Below are positions 1 to 12,416 of a stretch of 64,000 bases of DNA, piece by piece. The notes beneath the pieces are model-generated. The model did no database searches, was not told the origin of the DNA, and saw nothing but the letters and a program-made list of their open reading frames with translations. The translations under genes and the position numbers were made by a program. Every line of letters begins with the position of its first letter. Positions within the stretch are counted from its first letter, which is position 1. The stretch is taken from NCBI GenBank assembly GCA_026026165.1, contig JAPEUD010000014.1:186001-250000 (forward strand), written 5' to 3'. The stretch comes from Sarea resinae (lineage: Eukaryota).

Positions 1-3000
1 TTTTCTCCATGTCTATTTATCCATCTATCCACCCGTGACACGACTATGTAGTATGTATCGCAAGTTCTGTTTGCGATCTAGCATCAAACAATGAAGCATC
101 AATATCAAATTTCGAAGCCACGACTCCTTGGACCTGGCTACCGCCGAGATCAAGTCTTCGACCATCGATCACTGACTTGGACTCTTCCACATGCGCCATG
201 GGCATACGGACGATGGACGATACGGACAAGTCTCAAGCACTCAAGCCGCTTTGCCACATCGCACGAACAAATAGACGCCCGCAGGCCCGAAAGATGGATT
301 CATGGATGGATGGATCTGCACTGCGGCTGCGCTGCAGGCGTCCGTTTGAGGCGACGACGGCCCGCGCCAAGCAACCCGACGGTCTGGCAGGCGGATGAGG
401 CGGCAAGGGATGCTACAGGTTGGAATTGAGTGCTGACAGCATCCCCTTAGCTACGCTGCCATGACGCTACCTGGCTCAACCCGGTACGAGATCAGGCAGA
501 CACATCGCGCGCACCGCCAATGATACCTGGGGGCCGTCAGGCAAGCAGGCGAGGCAAACAGGCAAACACCTCAGGCAACAGCCAGACCGCTCCGGGATGT
601 GGGGGAGGTAAAGATATCATGCCATCGACTCGTCATCCCGATCGCCGCCGACAGCTGTTTGTGGCTGATTGAAGTGGAAGTGAATGGCGAATGGAGGTGA
701 ATAGGCAGCAGAGACACTACTCAAACATGCGGAAACTCCACACTGCCGAGCCAATTGGGGTGTCTACTCGGTACTAATATACAGTAGTCACGGTCGAGTA
801 CGAAGTCGCTTCGTGCATACAGGTTCAGTGACTCTGCACTGAAGTACATGACTTCCGTACTACGGAGTACCCCATTTCTGCCTGATGGACGGTCTGACCC
901 AAGATACTGGAATCAGAGGATCGGCCCAAGTCATATCGGTCCTTCGGCTTTTTGCAGAGCACGAAGAGCGAGCTCCCTAAACTGCATTGAAGTTCAGAGG
1001 CCCATCATGCTGAAGAGGGGCTATTCGTATACGACTACCAATTCACATTGACACAGTATTCGGGACCAGAAGTTCATCTGTGACGAGAGTAGAGTAGGTC
1101 CTCTCGAATCCGAAGGATCGCGGACCGAGACCCTTAGTTCGTTGCTGCTCCGGCACCAACGATGAAGGGGCCTGAAGAGGACGGCACGGAGGCCCGGGGG
1201 GGGGGAAGAGAGAGGACTCGTACCGCAGCACTATGTAGATCCTAGGACCCCACATGGCATCATTGCGCCAGGCAGATATGGCGCCGGCGGTTAACCGCGC
1301 ATCGCTCGGCCATTCGCGTCTGATGCCACCTGGACCCACGACCACCACCCGTGCCTCTCAGGACGAGCAAGACTAATCGACTGCCCGAACGGTGACGCTG
1401 ACGGTAGATCGCCAAGTCCCTGCCCTACCCAAGCATAGTAGTACGAGCCAGGACCGGGAACGGACCTACTAATGATCATCTAAATTAGCGGGGATTTCAC
1501 TTTCCACCTTCTGGACCGAGCGCCTTGGGGTCCTGGAGTCTTGGACCCTTGGGCCCTGGCCCTGACACGATCCCCTGCTTGTCCGTAAGAATCAGTCAGC
1601 CGTTTCCCCTTCCTCATCCTGGTCTCCCCTGGGGGCTGAGGTGATGCGCTTTGCAGCAATGAAACGATGGCGAGGGCCGCGAATAAGGTTTCGCTCTGTG
1701 CTTGTGCTTGTGCTGGTGTTTGTGCTTGTGCTCGAGCCCGTGCATCCCGAGGCAGTGCGCCCGTCGGAGAAGCCTTGCAGCGTCTAAATGCAACATCGAC
1801 ACCGACAACGTGGATACGGGTGGGCTAGGACGTGGCGGCGGTGCAATAATACGACCACATAATCTTTTCCGCTCCTAGGGTCTTGACGTCCTGCTCAGAC
1901 GATCACCCAATACCGGTAAGGATGGGGCTTGGCATCGAATTGATTGACTGAGAGCCCCGGAAATATCTCTAGCAGTCCAAGTACGCTCGAGAGACATCAT
2001 CCTACCGCCTCTCTGCTACGACTGAAAAGACCTTCCTTACTCGGTATCATCGGCGGACGTCCACGCTAGCGACCGATCCATGCTCTTTGTGAATAAATCT
2101 CGAGATGGAAATTGTGCGATAGGATGCTTTTTTCTCTACTGTGGCATTATCCCGCGCAAAAAGCAAAAAGGGCACCGCACTGCTGAGTCCAGAATATGAG
2201 GACGCCATTACTGAACGCTTTCTTATCGATAAGCACGAACACCACGCTAGACCGAGGACGAGAGAGAGACGTTCCTTGGCGCAGCTCGCGCTTCGACTCT
2301 GAACTCCCTAAAGCAGGTTGGTGAGGGATGGAATTGGTCCTATTGTACGGAGTAGTCGGAGTACTACCAAGTATGCAAGCGCTTCACACACGGCTGGACC
2401 AGACCGTGGGTGTCGCTCTAGTCCTGTGACTTTACGGACTCACCGACCTACCTAATCTAGCCATGGCAAGGACTCATTATTGCTCTTTTTTTTCCCTTTC
2501 CTTCCCGTCTTGCTGGGTGAGTGTAGTGCAAGGCTGGCCGCAGACAAGTGCATGGAAATACAGCCAACGGAGAGTTCCAGGGCAAGGCCGCGCAGGGTAT
2601 GGAGGGGCGGTGCTGCACTGCACCGGTATCGATCGATCAAGCGATTTCCAGCTGAAGATGATTGGGAGGGTGATGTGGCCCGCGGCCCAAGCCCTTGGGA
2701 AGGAACAGGCGGTGGCTACCCATCTTCGCTCTATCGCATAAGGCGCATGTTTCCCATTCAGCCTTTTGACTTTCCCGGGATTCTCTTCATTTTGAGCGTT
2801 CGTCCATGCTCTCTGTGGTAGCCGCGCGTGCCTCTGAGGGGCATATTCATTGTTCGCGGCTGCATTGTTCAAGGGAATCGGACGCCGTGAGCGCTTATCT
2901 TGTCGACTTTGACTTTCCTTGGTTGAGCAGAGTCAGACTCGACTAATTTCTTTGCATCTCCATGGTCGAGCTCACGCGTATCTTCGGATTGGAAGCACGG

Positions 3001-3618
3001 GTTGCTTGCTCCAATATCAGATCATGGTGTTCTTAGTCGTACCATTGCCACCAGGCCTGCCCTGGCCGACGCCAACCTTGCAATATCTGGAATCTCTCAG
3101 TCGCGTTGTTGCTGACAAGCAATACTCCCATTGCCCCCAAGAATACTACTTTAAAACACGGCTTCAGAGCCCCATGTGACCAATGTCAAGCTTGCAATCC
3201 ATCTCATGCCTTTCCAATCTTCCAGCACATCTCGTCCGCAGGTAGATGGGCCATATCAAGCCCCCTGGTCACCACAAACAAGCCTTGATATACGGATGCC
3301 ATCCTCGCCTCCAAGAATGACCCACGTTACCTGTGTATTATGCCTACACACGTATTTCGTACCGCACCTACCATGAGATCCATCCCTCTTGCCCTCCCCT
3401 CCCCTCCCCTCACGTCACGTCACCTCAGGGGATTGGGGGCCCAGCTGGACTGGACTGGACTTGACCGGACCGGACCGCCAGCATCCCCATTCCGAGCCCC
3501 TTATTCGCAGCCACAAGCCACCGCGCCCGCAGGCCCAAAGACCCGACGCTCCTGACCTCGGATGGCTCCGGTCCGACGCCTTGGGCGCGCGCCGTGCGGG
3601 GACGAGATGACATGAGGC

Positions 3619-4256
3619 GAGTAGAGCAGAGTAGAGCAGAGCAGAGCAGAGCAGAGCAGAGGGAGAGACAGGAGAGAGAGAGACAGGGGAGGGGGACAAG
3701 CCGAGGAGGGTAAAGCGGAGCGGGAAAAAAGGGGGGGAAGGAGGAGGAGGGGGAGATAGGGGATTGGTATTCCTCTGCATTCGCGTTACATTACATTTTG
3801 CATTTCCATTCGTATGACGTTCCAGTATACTATACAAGAAAATGGGGTTTTCTGATGCGCATTGAATCGAATCGAACTGCATTGAATCGAATTGAATCGA
3901 TGCCAATGGATTGAATCAGTGCTCTAGGATGGCATAGGATGGCATAGCATCTGATAGCATGGGATAGCATGGCATAGCATGGTATAGTATGCGATTCTCC
4001 TGGCGTTTTCTCCTGGCATCTTGTCGTGGCGCGGGGGTAATAGGGGAGGAAGTGGTGGTGGTGGTGATGTGGATGTGGTAGAGGAGGTGATGATGTGGAT
4101 GTGATGATGTGGATGTGATGATGTGGATGTGGATGTGGATGTGCGTAGGGATGTGAGAGTGGACGTGAGAGTAAGTGATAGAAGAGTAAGTGATAGAAGA
4201 GAGAGGGAGAGGGAGAGGGGGAGAGAGAGAGGGGAGAGGGAGAGAGAGAGAAAGAA
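3619..4256. repeat. Compound simple-sequence repeat / low-complexity block: (GCAGA)n, purine tracts, (AATCG)n, (GCATA/GGCAT)n, (GATGTG)n, (GA)n
   Basis: Directly visible, e.g. gcagagcagagcagagcaga ~3636-3660, aatcgaatcg ~3865-3900, gatgtggatgtg ~4095-4145 and a GA tract ~4195-4256 (a CT-rich tract on the minus strand). Confidence 0.9.
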
Positions 4257-4912
4257 GGGGTTAGGGCATCAGAGGTTAAATTGCGAACATTCTACCCGTC
4301 TTCTCTTCTCTGTGCGTGCATTAGATACACTACCTTACCCACCTACTTCGTCCATAATACACCATACTATACCGAGGCAAAGACTATTTCTTCTACCTAC
4401 CTACCTACCTAAGTTCTCAGCGCTTGACAGTGGTGGTATCAGATTCGCCTACGTACAGTACGTGATAAGATGTGATATGGGTTCCATTGTTTGTTTACAT
4501 TAGATTCGTGACTCTACTACTGCGCAGTAGTAGGGCAGGAGGGAAGGAAGAAGTACTCTGGTGTACAATCAATATTACTATATTCTCTCTCTCTCTCTCA
4601 CTCGCTCGCCCACTCACTCATTCTCTTCCTTCATACCTTACCTACCGTTGTATACGGAGTCGGAATAGGAACAGAACAGGACAGCACAGATGAAAACAAA
4701 ACGAGTGGAAACGTAATCTATGAATTCCCCACGATCGCCACCCCCCCGGTCAGTATAGTAGGAAACGCGACAATCTTGACGCAGGAGACGAGACGAGACG
4801 AGAGAGGGGGTTGGGCTTCTTCCATGGGGTTCAATCGGGGGGGGGGGAAGGGACTGGAGGGGATTGTGGGTATTAGGCGCCCAGCCCAGCCGGGCAGAGT
4901 CAGCGAAAAATT

Positions 4913-5148
4913 GAACGAACGAACGAACGAACGAACGGGCAAGCTAGGTACTCTAACGTATACTGTGGGTGAGATATTTTAGGCAAGGTACGGACAAGTG
5001 CGTCAGAGTACCGCCGCAGTACTATGAGTAGGAAGAACATGGATAGATGGATGTGGTGCATTGGATCCATTCTTCACTATTAATTGCGCGCCCAATGCAA
5101 GCAAGCAAGCAAGCAAGCAAGCCAAGATGTAAGAAAGAAAGAAAGAAA
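4913..5148. repeat. Tetranucleotide microsatellites (GAAC)n, (GCAA)n, (AAAG)n
   Basis: gaacgaac... 4913-4936, gcaagcaa... ~5097-5121, aagaaagaaag ~5130-5148. Confidence 0.9.
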
Positions 5149-8100
5149 GCGGGATGGACTCGCTAAAGAGAGTAGAGTATGGTAAAGCGTCGAGCTACTC
5201 TATGCTGAGCTACTACGGAGAACTACGAAGTCACAGTAGGTGCAGGACCACCTTACTTACTCTAAGGGATCGAACTACTGGACCCTAGAGGAGCGGGCCG
5301 AGGGTACGAAAAGTACGAAGTACGAAGTACGAAGTACAGCACGAGCGCGCTACTGCTATTGGATTACGTTGGCAGCTCCGGCGGTTGTCCGTCCAGTGCC
5401 TAAGGTAGCTAAGGTACAACGCCTACTACTACCTACAAGGTCGGGGTCCTTGGTGGCAGAGACGTCAGACCTGACGAACTGGTGGGACACTTCTTCGTAT
5501 GGATAGGTACCTTACGTAGGTGTGTATGGTGGGGTGATAGGGGGGGAAAGATGGCACGCGCTTTCCATGGTGACTCCTTATCATATGTAATCTTTGGATC
5601 CTTCAAGAGAGTCATGCAGCATCGTCGCCGGTGGCTTGTTGTCGTTCGCTGGAAGTCAGTTCGGATGGGTTTTACGGTCTCTGGTCGATTCCAAGGCGGT
5701 ACGGATTGTGAGTCTCCCTGTTGCTGGGCTGCTGGTGGTGGTGAAGGACCAGGTCCGAGGTACAAAGTACCTATGACAGTAGTGAGTGAGTCCGCCGAGC
5801 TGGGGGGAAATGATGCGACTCCTACCCTCTACTTTCTAATAACAGAGGCCAATTGGTGTGTCCGGCGGAAGTCTTGAACTCGTGGTGTGGATCAATGATT
5901 CTAGGTTGACTCGAATCACGCCCTGCTTCATCGAGGACGAGCATGTCACAGCCAACAATGAACAATGACGATCGAATCGAGCTGGGCTCTATGACGACAT
6001 CAACGCAACAACAGCACAATTACACAACAATAAGCCTTCCGCATGCTGGAGAGATCTAGTGAAGTCTAGAGAGGGTTTTCGTGGGACTGTTCAGAAGAGT
6101 AGTCTGGGCTTTTTGCATATGGTGTTTCTGGTATTATTTGCAGAGATGCTGCAAAGGTAAACATCTGCACATGTGAGTAAGTTTGCTCAGGACATGAGTG
6201 CAAGTGTGCTACAGAGATGCAATCACTACTGCTACGGCTATAGAGACTACACGTACAAGGCCCTCGTCACTCTTGGCTCTATGACATCCAATGGCTCCTC
6301 ATATTCGGAGTGCAGCGAGACCAGCTTAGGCGTACATCGATGGAGCTAGACGGGTCCGCATCTGCCTTCATCTCTCTGATCTCATCTCTACACCCATCCT
6401 CGTCATCGCTGTTGCTGCCGCCGCCGCCGCCTCGTGGCATGTATCTTGCACAGATACCGCATTGAAGTTAGAATACTGCGCTGTATATGCTCCCTATCTC
6501 TCTCGCCCTACACTTCCCAGATACTTGAGCCCCAGCCCGCGTTAGCTGTGTGTTGATTGAAAGATCCTCAGATCAAGTGTTCCCGGCGAAGTAAGCGAAG
6601 TCCAGTCCAATCGAGCGGTAGATATTGCCGGACCCTAGCTTCACTATGGTCAAGGCCTGCTTGTCGTAGTTAGTCTCTTCTCGGCCGAAGAAAATAAAAC
6701 AGAATAAGTGGCCATATTGCTTCGAAACAAATAACGAGCGATCCCGCATTACCACTGTCGTATATAGTAGGGTGAGTGAAACTGAATCTCGCCATAACTC
6801 TGGGGGCGAAATATCAATGGGGAAATGTCGAGGAAAAGAAAGGCAGAGAACAAGTGACGCAGGCGAGGCGGGAGAGGATTGGTAGATGTAAACAGAGAGA
6901 ACTTCAGGATGAGTCACTGCATAGTTCCTACTATAGGCCAAGAGCCAATTATTCCTCGCCTGGTCTTTTGCTCTGATAAGTGCTCACGCCCATCTCCTGC
7001 GAGGCACCTCGAGCTGGTGGAAAAAGGGAGGAAATGAAACGGCAGGATGTGGCCATGTAGTGAGGTGAAGCGACCCTGGAAGGACAAGACTGCAGGTATG
7101 TAGAACAAGGCAAAGATGATGATGATGATGATGATGATCGTGACACTGCAAAAGCCCAAATTCTCGGGCCCGGAGCTAGTCGTCGTTAGTGCGATGATTT
7201 AGCATATTTGGGGGCCGAGATGTGCCTGCACCCCTGACTCCCGTCCCGTATCGCCTGTCCCGCACGAGCCTCTGCGGAAATACGAGCTGCGCTATCCATC
7301 TTCGAACTCTTAGTACAGCCATTCGAGATCGGCCTTGAAGGGATTAAAGTAATCGCCGAAGCCGTATCATCTTCCTCATCAGATCACCGCGTAAGGCCTC
7401 CAGCTACCAGGGACAAGTAAAAGAGGGGAAAATTCAGTCAGTCCATGTTTGGTTGAGAAGCCTCACTGGTCGTTCAAGAGTCCGAACGCCCTAACGCCCT
7501 AATCTCCGTTCTCTCCCAGAAAGCATTCGTGACGATCGACCACGAAATGATGATCAGACGATCAAACGATCAATGACTCAAGTGATCACCGGCGGCCATC
7601 GACGTAAGCCCGCTGCCGTTGAGCTGGCAGCGCCCTGTCTTCGCAACTTCTCCACTGCCCCCTTCTCTCGTAGGGGCTGCTTCTCTTTCTCGACCGGGCA
7701 ACACTGTCGGCGGTCTTTGACCTATGCTGCACATCCGCACTGCAGCGCAATCTGCCAAAGGAGCAAGAGAAACATATACCGAAAGGATACTAGTACCTCA
7801 TATATCGAGCAACAGGAACAGCCGCAAGACACACGGACAGATAGGCGTCGAGGCATCCCTTGAAGCAGCCAGCAGACAAGGCAAAGACGCGGCAAATAGC
7901 AGCTATAAAAAGTTCCTAGGCCTTCCTAGCCTCAGAGCTGGACTCTAGACGGACATGGGCTTCTTGCCGCTGATAATAGAGGAGGATGCTTGCGTAGGAT
8001 GGAGACGAGCACTCTGTTTTGTTTTGTTCTAGATACAACGCTCGTACCCCGCCTGTGACGTCTATCTGCAAATGCCAATCGAGGATGGCATTGATGAACG

Positions 8101-8826
8101 TGAGATTGGGTCTGTAATCTTCTACTCCGTAGCTCTCGCGTGCAGGATACGATTCATCTGCGACGTCTCCGTCCTTTCTCCTGGCTGGCCGTGCCTTCCT
8201 ACTGACCTATGTGTCTCCCTAATGGTTTGAAGTCCAAGCCACAATGGCCATCGAACGGTCCCATCTAACTATCCGGCTCATCCATCCGTTCCGTCGCTTG
8301 ATGGGTATGCAAAAGAAAAACAGTGAGGTACAGCACAGTCCAGTACAGCCACTACAACACACCGGACAAGTACCGTACCTTGCCTTGCCTTCATCCCATC
8401 ATCTATCAGGGCCCGTAACATCGGATGCCATGAAGTGCTTTTCCTTGGCCTTCAGCTTTCCTTGCTGCCTGACATTGCCACTATCATCGATTCCGGCGGG
8501 CTAATGTAGGTAGGCAGCTCAGGCAAGGTGGTGGAGATGAGGGACAGACAATACGGCGGACAGCTCAGGCCTAGCTGCACGTCGGCAGGTACCCTAGGCA
8601 GATATGTCGTACTTGCACCCCCAGCTAGTGCCCTCGAACCGTTCCCAGCTCCCAGCTCCCAGCTCCCAGCTCCCAGCTCCGGCAACCTACGAACGAAAGT
8701 CATGATTAAGGTGCTGAGGGGAGAGAGAGCCATGACCGACCGGTTCGCTGACCTGCACGTCGTACTGCATAGCTTGGGGGCCTTGGCATTGGCGGGGCCC
8801 TGGGGGGCAGACAAAGACAGACAGAG

Positions 8827-8873
8827 CATCATCATCACCACCACCACCACCACCACCACCACCACCACCACCA
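8827..8873. repeat. (CAT)3(CAC)n trinucleotide microsatellite
   Basis: Directly visible. It explains the spurious poly-V/poly-T/poly-G ORFs in the track. Confidence 0.95.
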
Positions 8874-9989
8874 AACATCATCCCTCCGGGATCAACAGCA
8901 TCCATACCTGAGCCCCCGATGATTGCTGGCCGGGATCGAATCAGCATGCTGGTACCGCGCAGCCCCGGCTCTAGGCACGACGGATCCTAACCAGGTAGGG
9001 ATCTCGCCCGCTCTACTACATACCTCGTAGTGTGAGTACCTTATGAGTAGCGGCCGGACCGCACGAGAGTGACGCCCGACACGTACCGGACCCTCGTACC
9101 TAAGCTACTATGTAGGAACCTACCTTACCGATCATTGTGTCATCCGTCCTCCCCTACAATAAGCACGGCGCAACTCTGGCCCGAGCTCGCCCGTCACGGA
9201 ACTGACCTGCTCTGGCCTGAACTGATCTTGGCCCGGTCATCCAACAAACCATGGCCAAACCATGGCGCCAGCCAACTGTCATGTATCGATAGGACGTGTC
9301 TATGTACATCGCCATGTATGGGTCGATGGATGTGATGGATGTCTGTTGGAGAGTGCCTTTCCATTGGTAGAGCAACGTCATGAGAAAGCTGAAAGAATCC
9401 CCCATCTCCATATCTTGTCTCATGCTCGTCTTGTTTTTTCGGGGGCCGTCAAATCGTCAATGCGGTCACTGCCGAAACTCCGCCAAAATGTGTAGGATGT
9501 GCAATGCTGAGGACAAGGGCTCTCTTGCTTGCAGCCACAAGGGAAAGAAAAATCAGAGAAAGGTGGAGTCGACGCTTATCCCCCGCCCGGGTCGAGCCAA
9601 AGAAACATGATGAAGAAGGGTAAAAACTGACCGACGTAGAGGCCACCGACAGGTCTCAGCATGTAAACAAAAGAACTTTGCTTCACTGAAATCAAAAGCC
9701 ATCGCTAAACTTCATGACGCGAGTAATGATTGGACAAAAAAATCGACGAATGCCGCCCCCCCACCCAAAAGTCCAAATGACCTGTCCTATGCACTAGAAA
9801 TGTTGCCCGGTCCAAACAATGCGTCCCGAAAAAATGCCCCCCCTAGGAATGACCGTCCCAACATTGCGCATGCACTTTAGCCTCCCTCTCACCCCCCCCT
9901 CCCCCCCCTCCGGTGAAGACCCTGCTCCGGAGAATCGCACGAAAATCCGCTCCCGGAGATATGACCGTTTCAGCCGAATGCAATCGGGC

Positions 9990-11427
9990 TCAGTACATGT
10001 ATCCTTCCTGGGGATCGGCGTAGTCCTGCCGGTGATAGACGTTGTTGTGCGACATAGATGTATGGGACGGTGACGCCTGGCTGCTGGATACAGACCGAGG
10101 CTGAGACCCCGAGCTGTTCAGCCCTCGTGTGCGCATCGGCACCATACCCGCTGATGTTCGGACGGGTTTGGGACTGTTCATGCCATCTCTCGCGCCTTTG
10201 GAGCTGATCTCAAATCGTTTCGGACAACCATCTTCAGTATGTCTATTGGTACTATGTTAGCTGATAGACCTAGGAAGTCGTGCGTTCATCGAGATCCTAC
10301 CTTCTCAGAGTATCCTTGCGGGCAAAGTGGCTTTCGCAAAGTTCGCATTTGAAGTTCCGCAAGCGGTTATGAACCTGACCAACTCAATTAGCATGTAATC
10401 GGAAAACCATGCTAGCTTGACGAACGCTGTCTTCATGCCGGACGAGGTCCGTCTTTCTCACAAATTTCTTGTTGCAATTCCGTACGCTGCAGATATGAGG
10501 GTAGACTCGTGCAGGATCATGGGTGTCCATGTGTGCTTTGTAGTTGTAACTCCTTCCAAAAAGCTTTCCGCACACTCGGCACTCATGATTGGCCTCTGAT
10601 GGAGTGGTGAGCTGCCGCCGTTTGCGCGTACGAGCAACATCTGTGATTATTGGATGTTCCGTGTCAGATTTCGGGTGACGATAAGAGTCGCTTCGAGAGC
10701 TTTCGTCGTACTGGCCTCCGTTGTTCTCCGAGCGTAGATCATAGTTGGACCAGGCAGCAGACTGTGGCCTCTGCATAGTCGGAAGCGGAACATGGACGGG
10801 GCCATGGTGCTGCGGTGAAGACACGAGCCTTTGCCCGGCCATCTGAGCATGCATATTCGAATGATTGCTCGACCCTGTATACCATTCGTTTGTGTCCTCA
10901 ATCTTCACCTTAGGCGTGTAACCAAGTTCGGATCCTGGATGTGAATAGGCCTCTGAAGTCGTACAGGTAGACGAAAAGGAAGACCGATGTGAGGGCACAT
11001 TGCTGGGTGAGGTCATCGATGTGGTTCTATACTCTGGGCCATCTGGCGGACCAGACGTAAACGCCGGGCGCATGAAGCTCGGAGGAGGGTTGTTCGAGAC
11101 GTTCGCAAATGGATCATAAGCAGCTGAGAAGATATCCTGCGGAGGTTGTGAGCAGTAGGACAGGCTCTGTTCTGTCACCGAAGGACGTGCCCAGAGCTCC
11201 GATGGCTGTGGAGAAGGAGGAAGCAGGTTGCCGGTGGTGACCTTGGACGAAGAGGTCGGAATGTTGTATCCATAAAGGCCAAGGGCATTTTCTGGTCCTG
11301 GATGCATCGATTTCGGTTCATTGTGTGGTGAAGAAGGGTGTGATGTGATGCGTCGGTAGCCTGAAGTTCGCCCGCATTGTTGATAGGGTGACACTGATGA
11401 GCGAAGTGATTGAGGAGTGCGGTCCAT
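9990..11427 (-). CDS. C2H2 zinc-finger transcription factor (3 fingers), 3 exons: 11427-10426, 10374-10301, 10242-9990
   Basis: Spliced translation HECRVCGKLFGRSYNYKAHMDTH...HICSVRNCNKKFVRKTDLVRHEDSVH...FKCELCESHFARKDTLRRHTEDGC. Introns are GTTCGT..GCTAAT..CAG and GTAGGA..GCTAAC..TAG. S/P-rich N-terminus. Confidence 0.9.
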
Positions 11428-12416
11428 GACGAAAGCGGTAATGGTATTGGGGGCCTAAAAAGCGGGATATGGTGCGCAGTTGGCTCGCAAGCTAAAGTCG
11501 CAAAGGATTCGGGCGGGATTCAAAGTTCAGAATAACAACGGCACAGATGGACATGGAGACGATATAAATCGTGTAGCGTCGGAGCCACTGATACCAGATA
11601 TAGAATAAAAAATACAATTATCGAATGATTGCTTTACCCGCCAGGCTGCGCCCAAGGTGAGGGGAAATAATATGATATCTCTGCTTGACGCTCCACCGTG
11701 CGGCAGTGAACATCTGGAAAAAATGCTGTGTCGATAGCAAGGCAGAATCGCGAGCTGGGGCATACGGCTTTGAAGACTGGCAGACCCCGGTAAACCGCGG
11801 CACCCACCACTCATCAACCCTCCGCCTAGGGAGGGCACTGAGCAGAGGCAGCACCACATGTGCATCCCGGTTGCAGGCGCCTTTCTCCGCTTGAAATGCC
11901 AGCAAGACTGATCAGAGCAGCGACAGAGCTGGTGCGTCCCAAGGCAAAGGTACCCGCAGTACAGTCCTGGTAAATAGGCAGCTAGCTTAAAACCTAGGGA
12001 AGGCATTAGTGTGCACCGAGCTGCGCAATTCGGCTGTCCCGTTCATTTGTGTCGTTCCATTTCCCGCGCCCTAGGCCGCAGCCGCAGTCGAGTGAACCCT
12101 GCACTCCCACGGCCACTCATTTCCAAACCCCCTCTCGCGCTGCTCGGTTGCGGCGCCCTAAGCGCAGGGGTGGGAGATGGTGGGGTCCGTCATGGTCAGG
12201 TCGTAGATTTATGCATCTGGATTAATCGAGATCAGACGCGCCAGACTAGTAGTATTGCCCCATGCTTAAACCGGTCCGGGATGGCCTGTCACTTTGAACA
12301 CTTGGAGATTGTCGTTTTGCTCTACCCTCATCCACAATTTTGAAAAGAACGTAAAAGGAGTCATGATGGCAATGATGCACATGTGGATCGTTGTCTATTC
12401 CAGTCCTTCAAATAGT

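Noticed and set aside
7487..7502. ccctaacgccctaa as a telomere repeat or telomerase RNA template
   Set aside because: Not a contiguous TAACCCTAA template, and no other supporting elements seen.
44..9646. Numerous 60-160 aa ORFs in the first 10 kb
   Set aside because: Overlapping in several frames, often translations of microsatellites, with no recognisable motifs or consistent splice structure.
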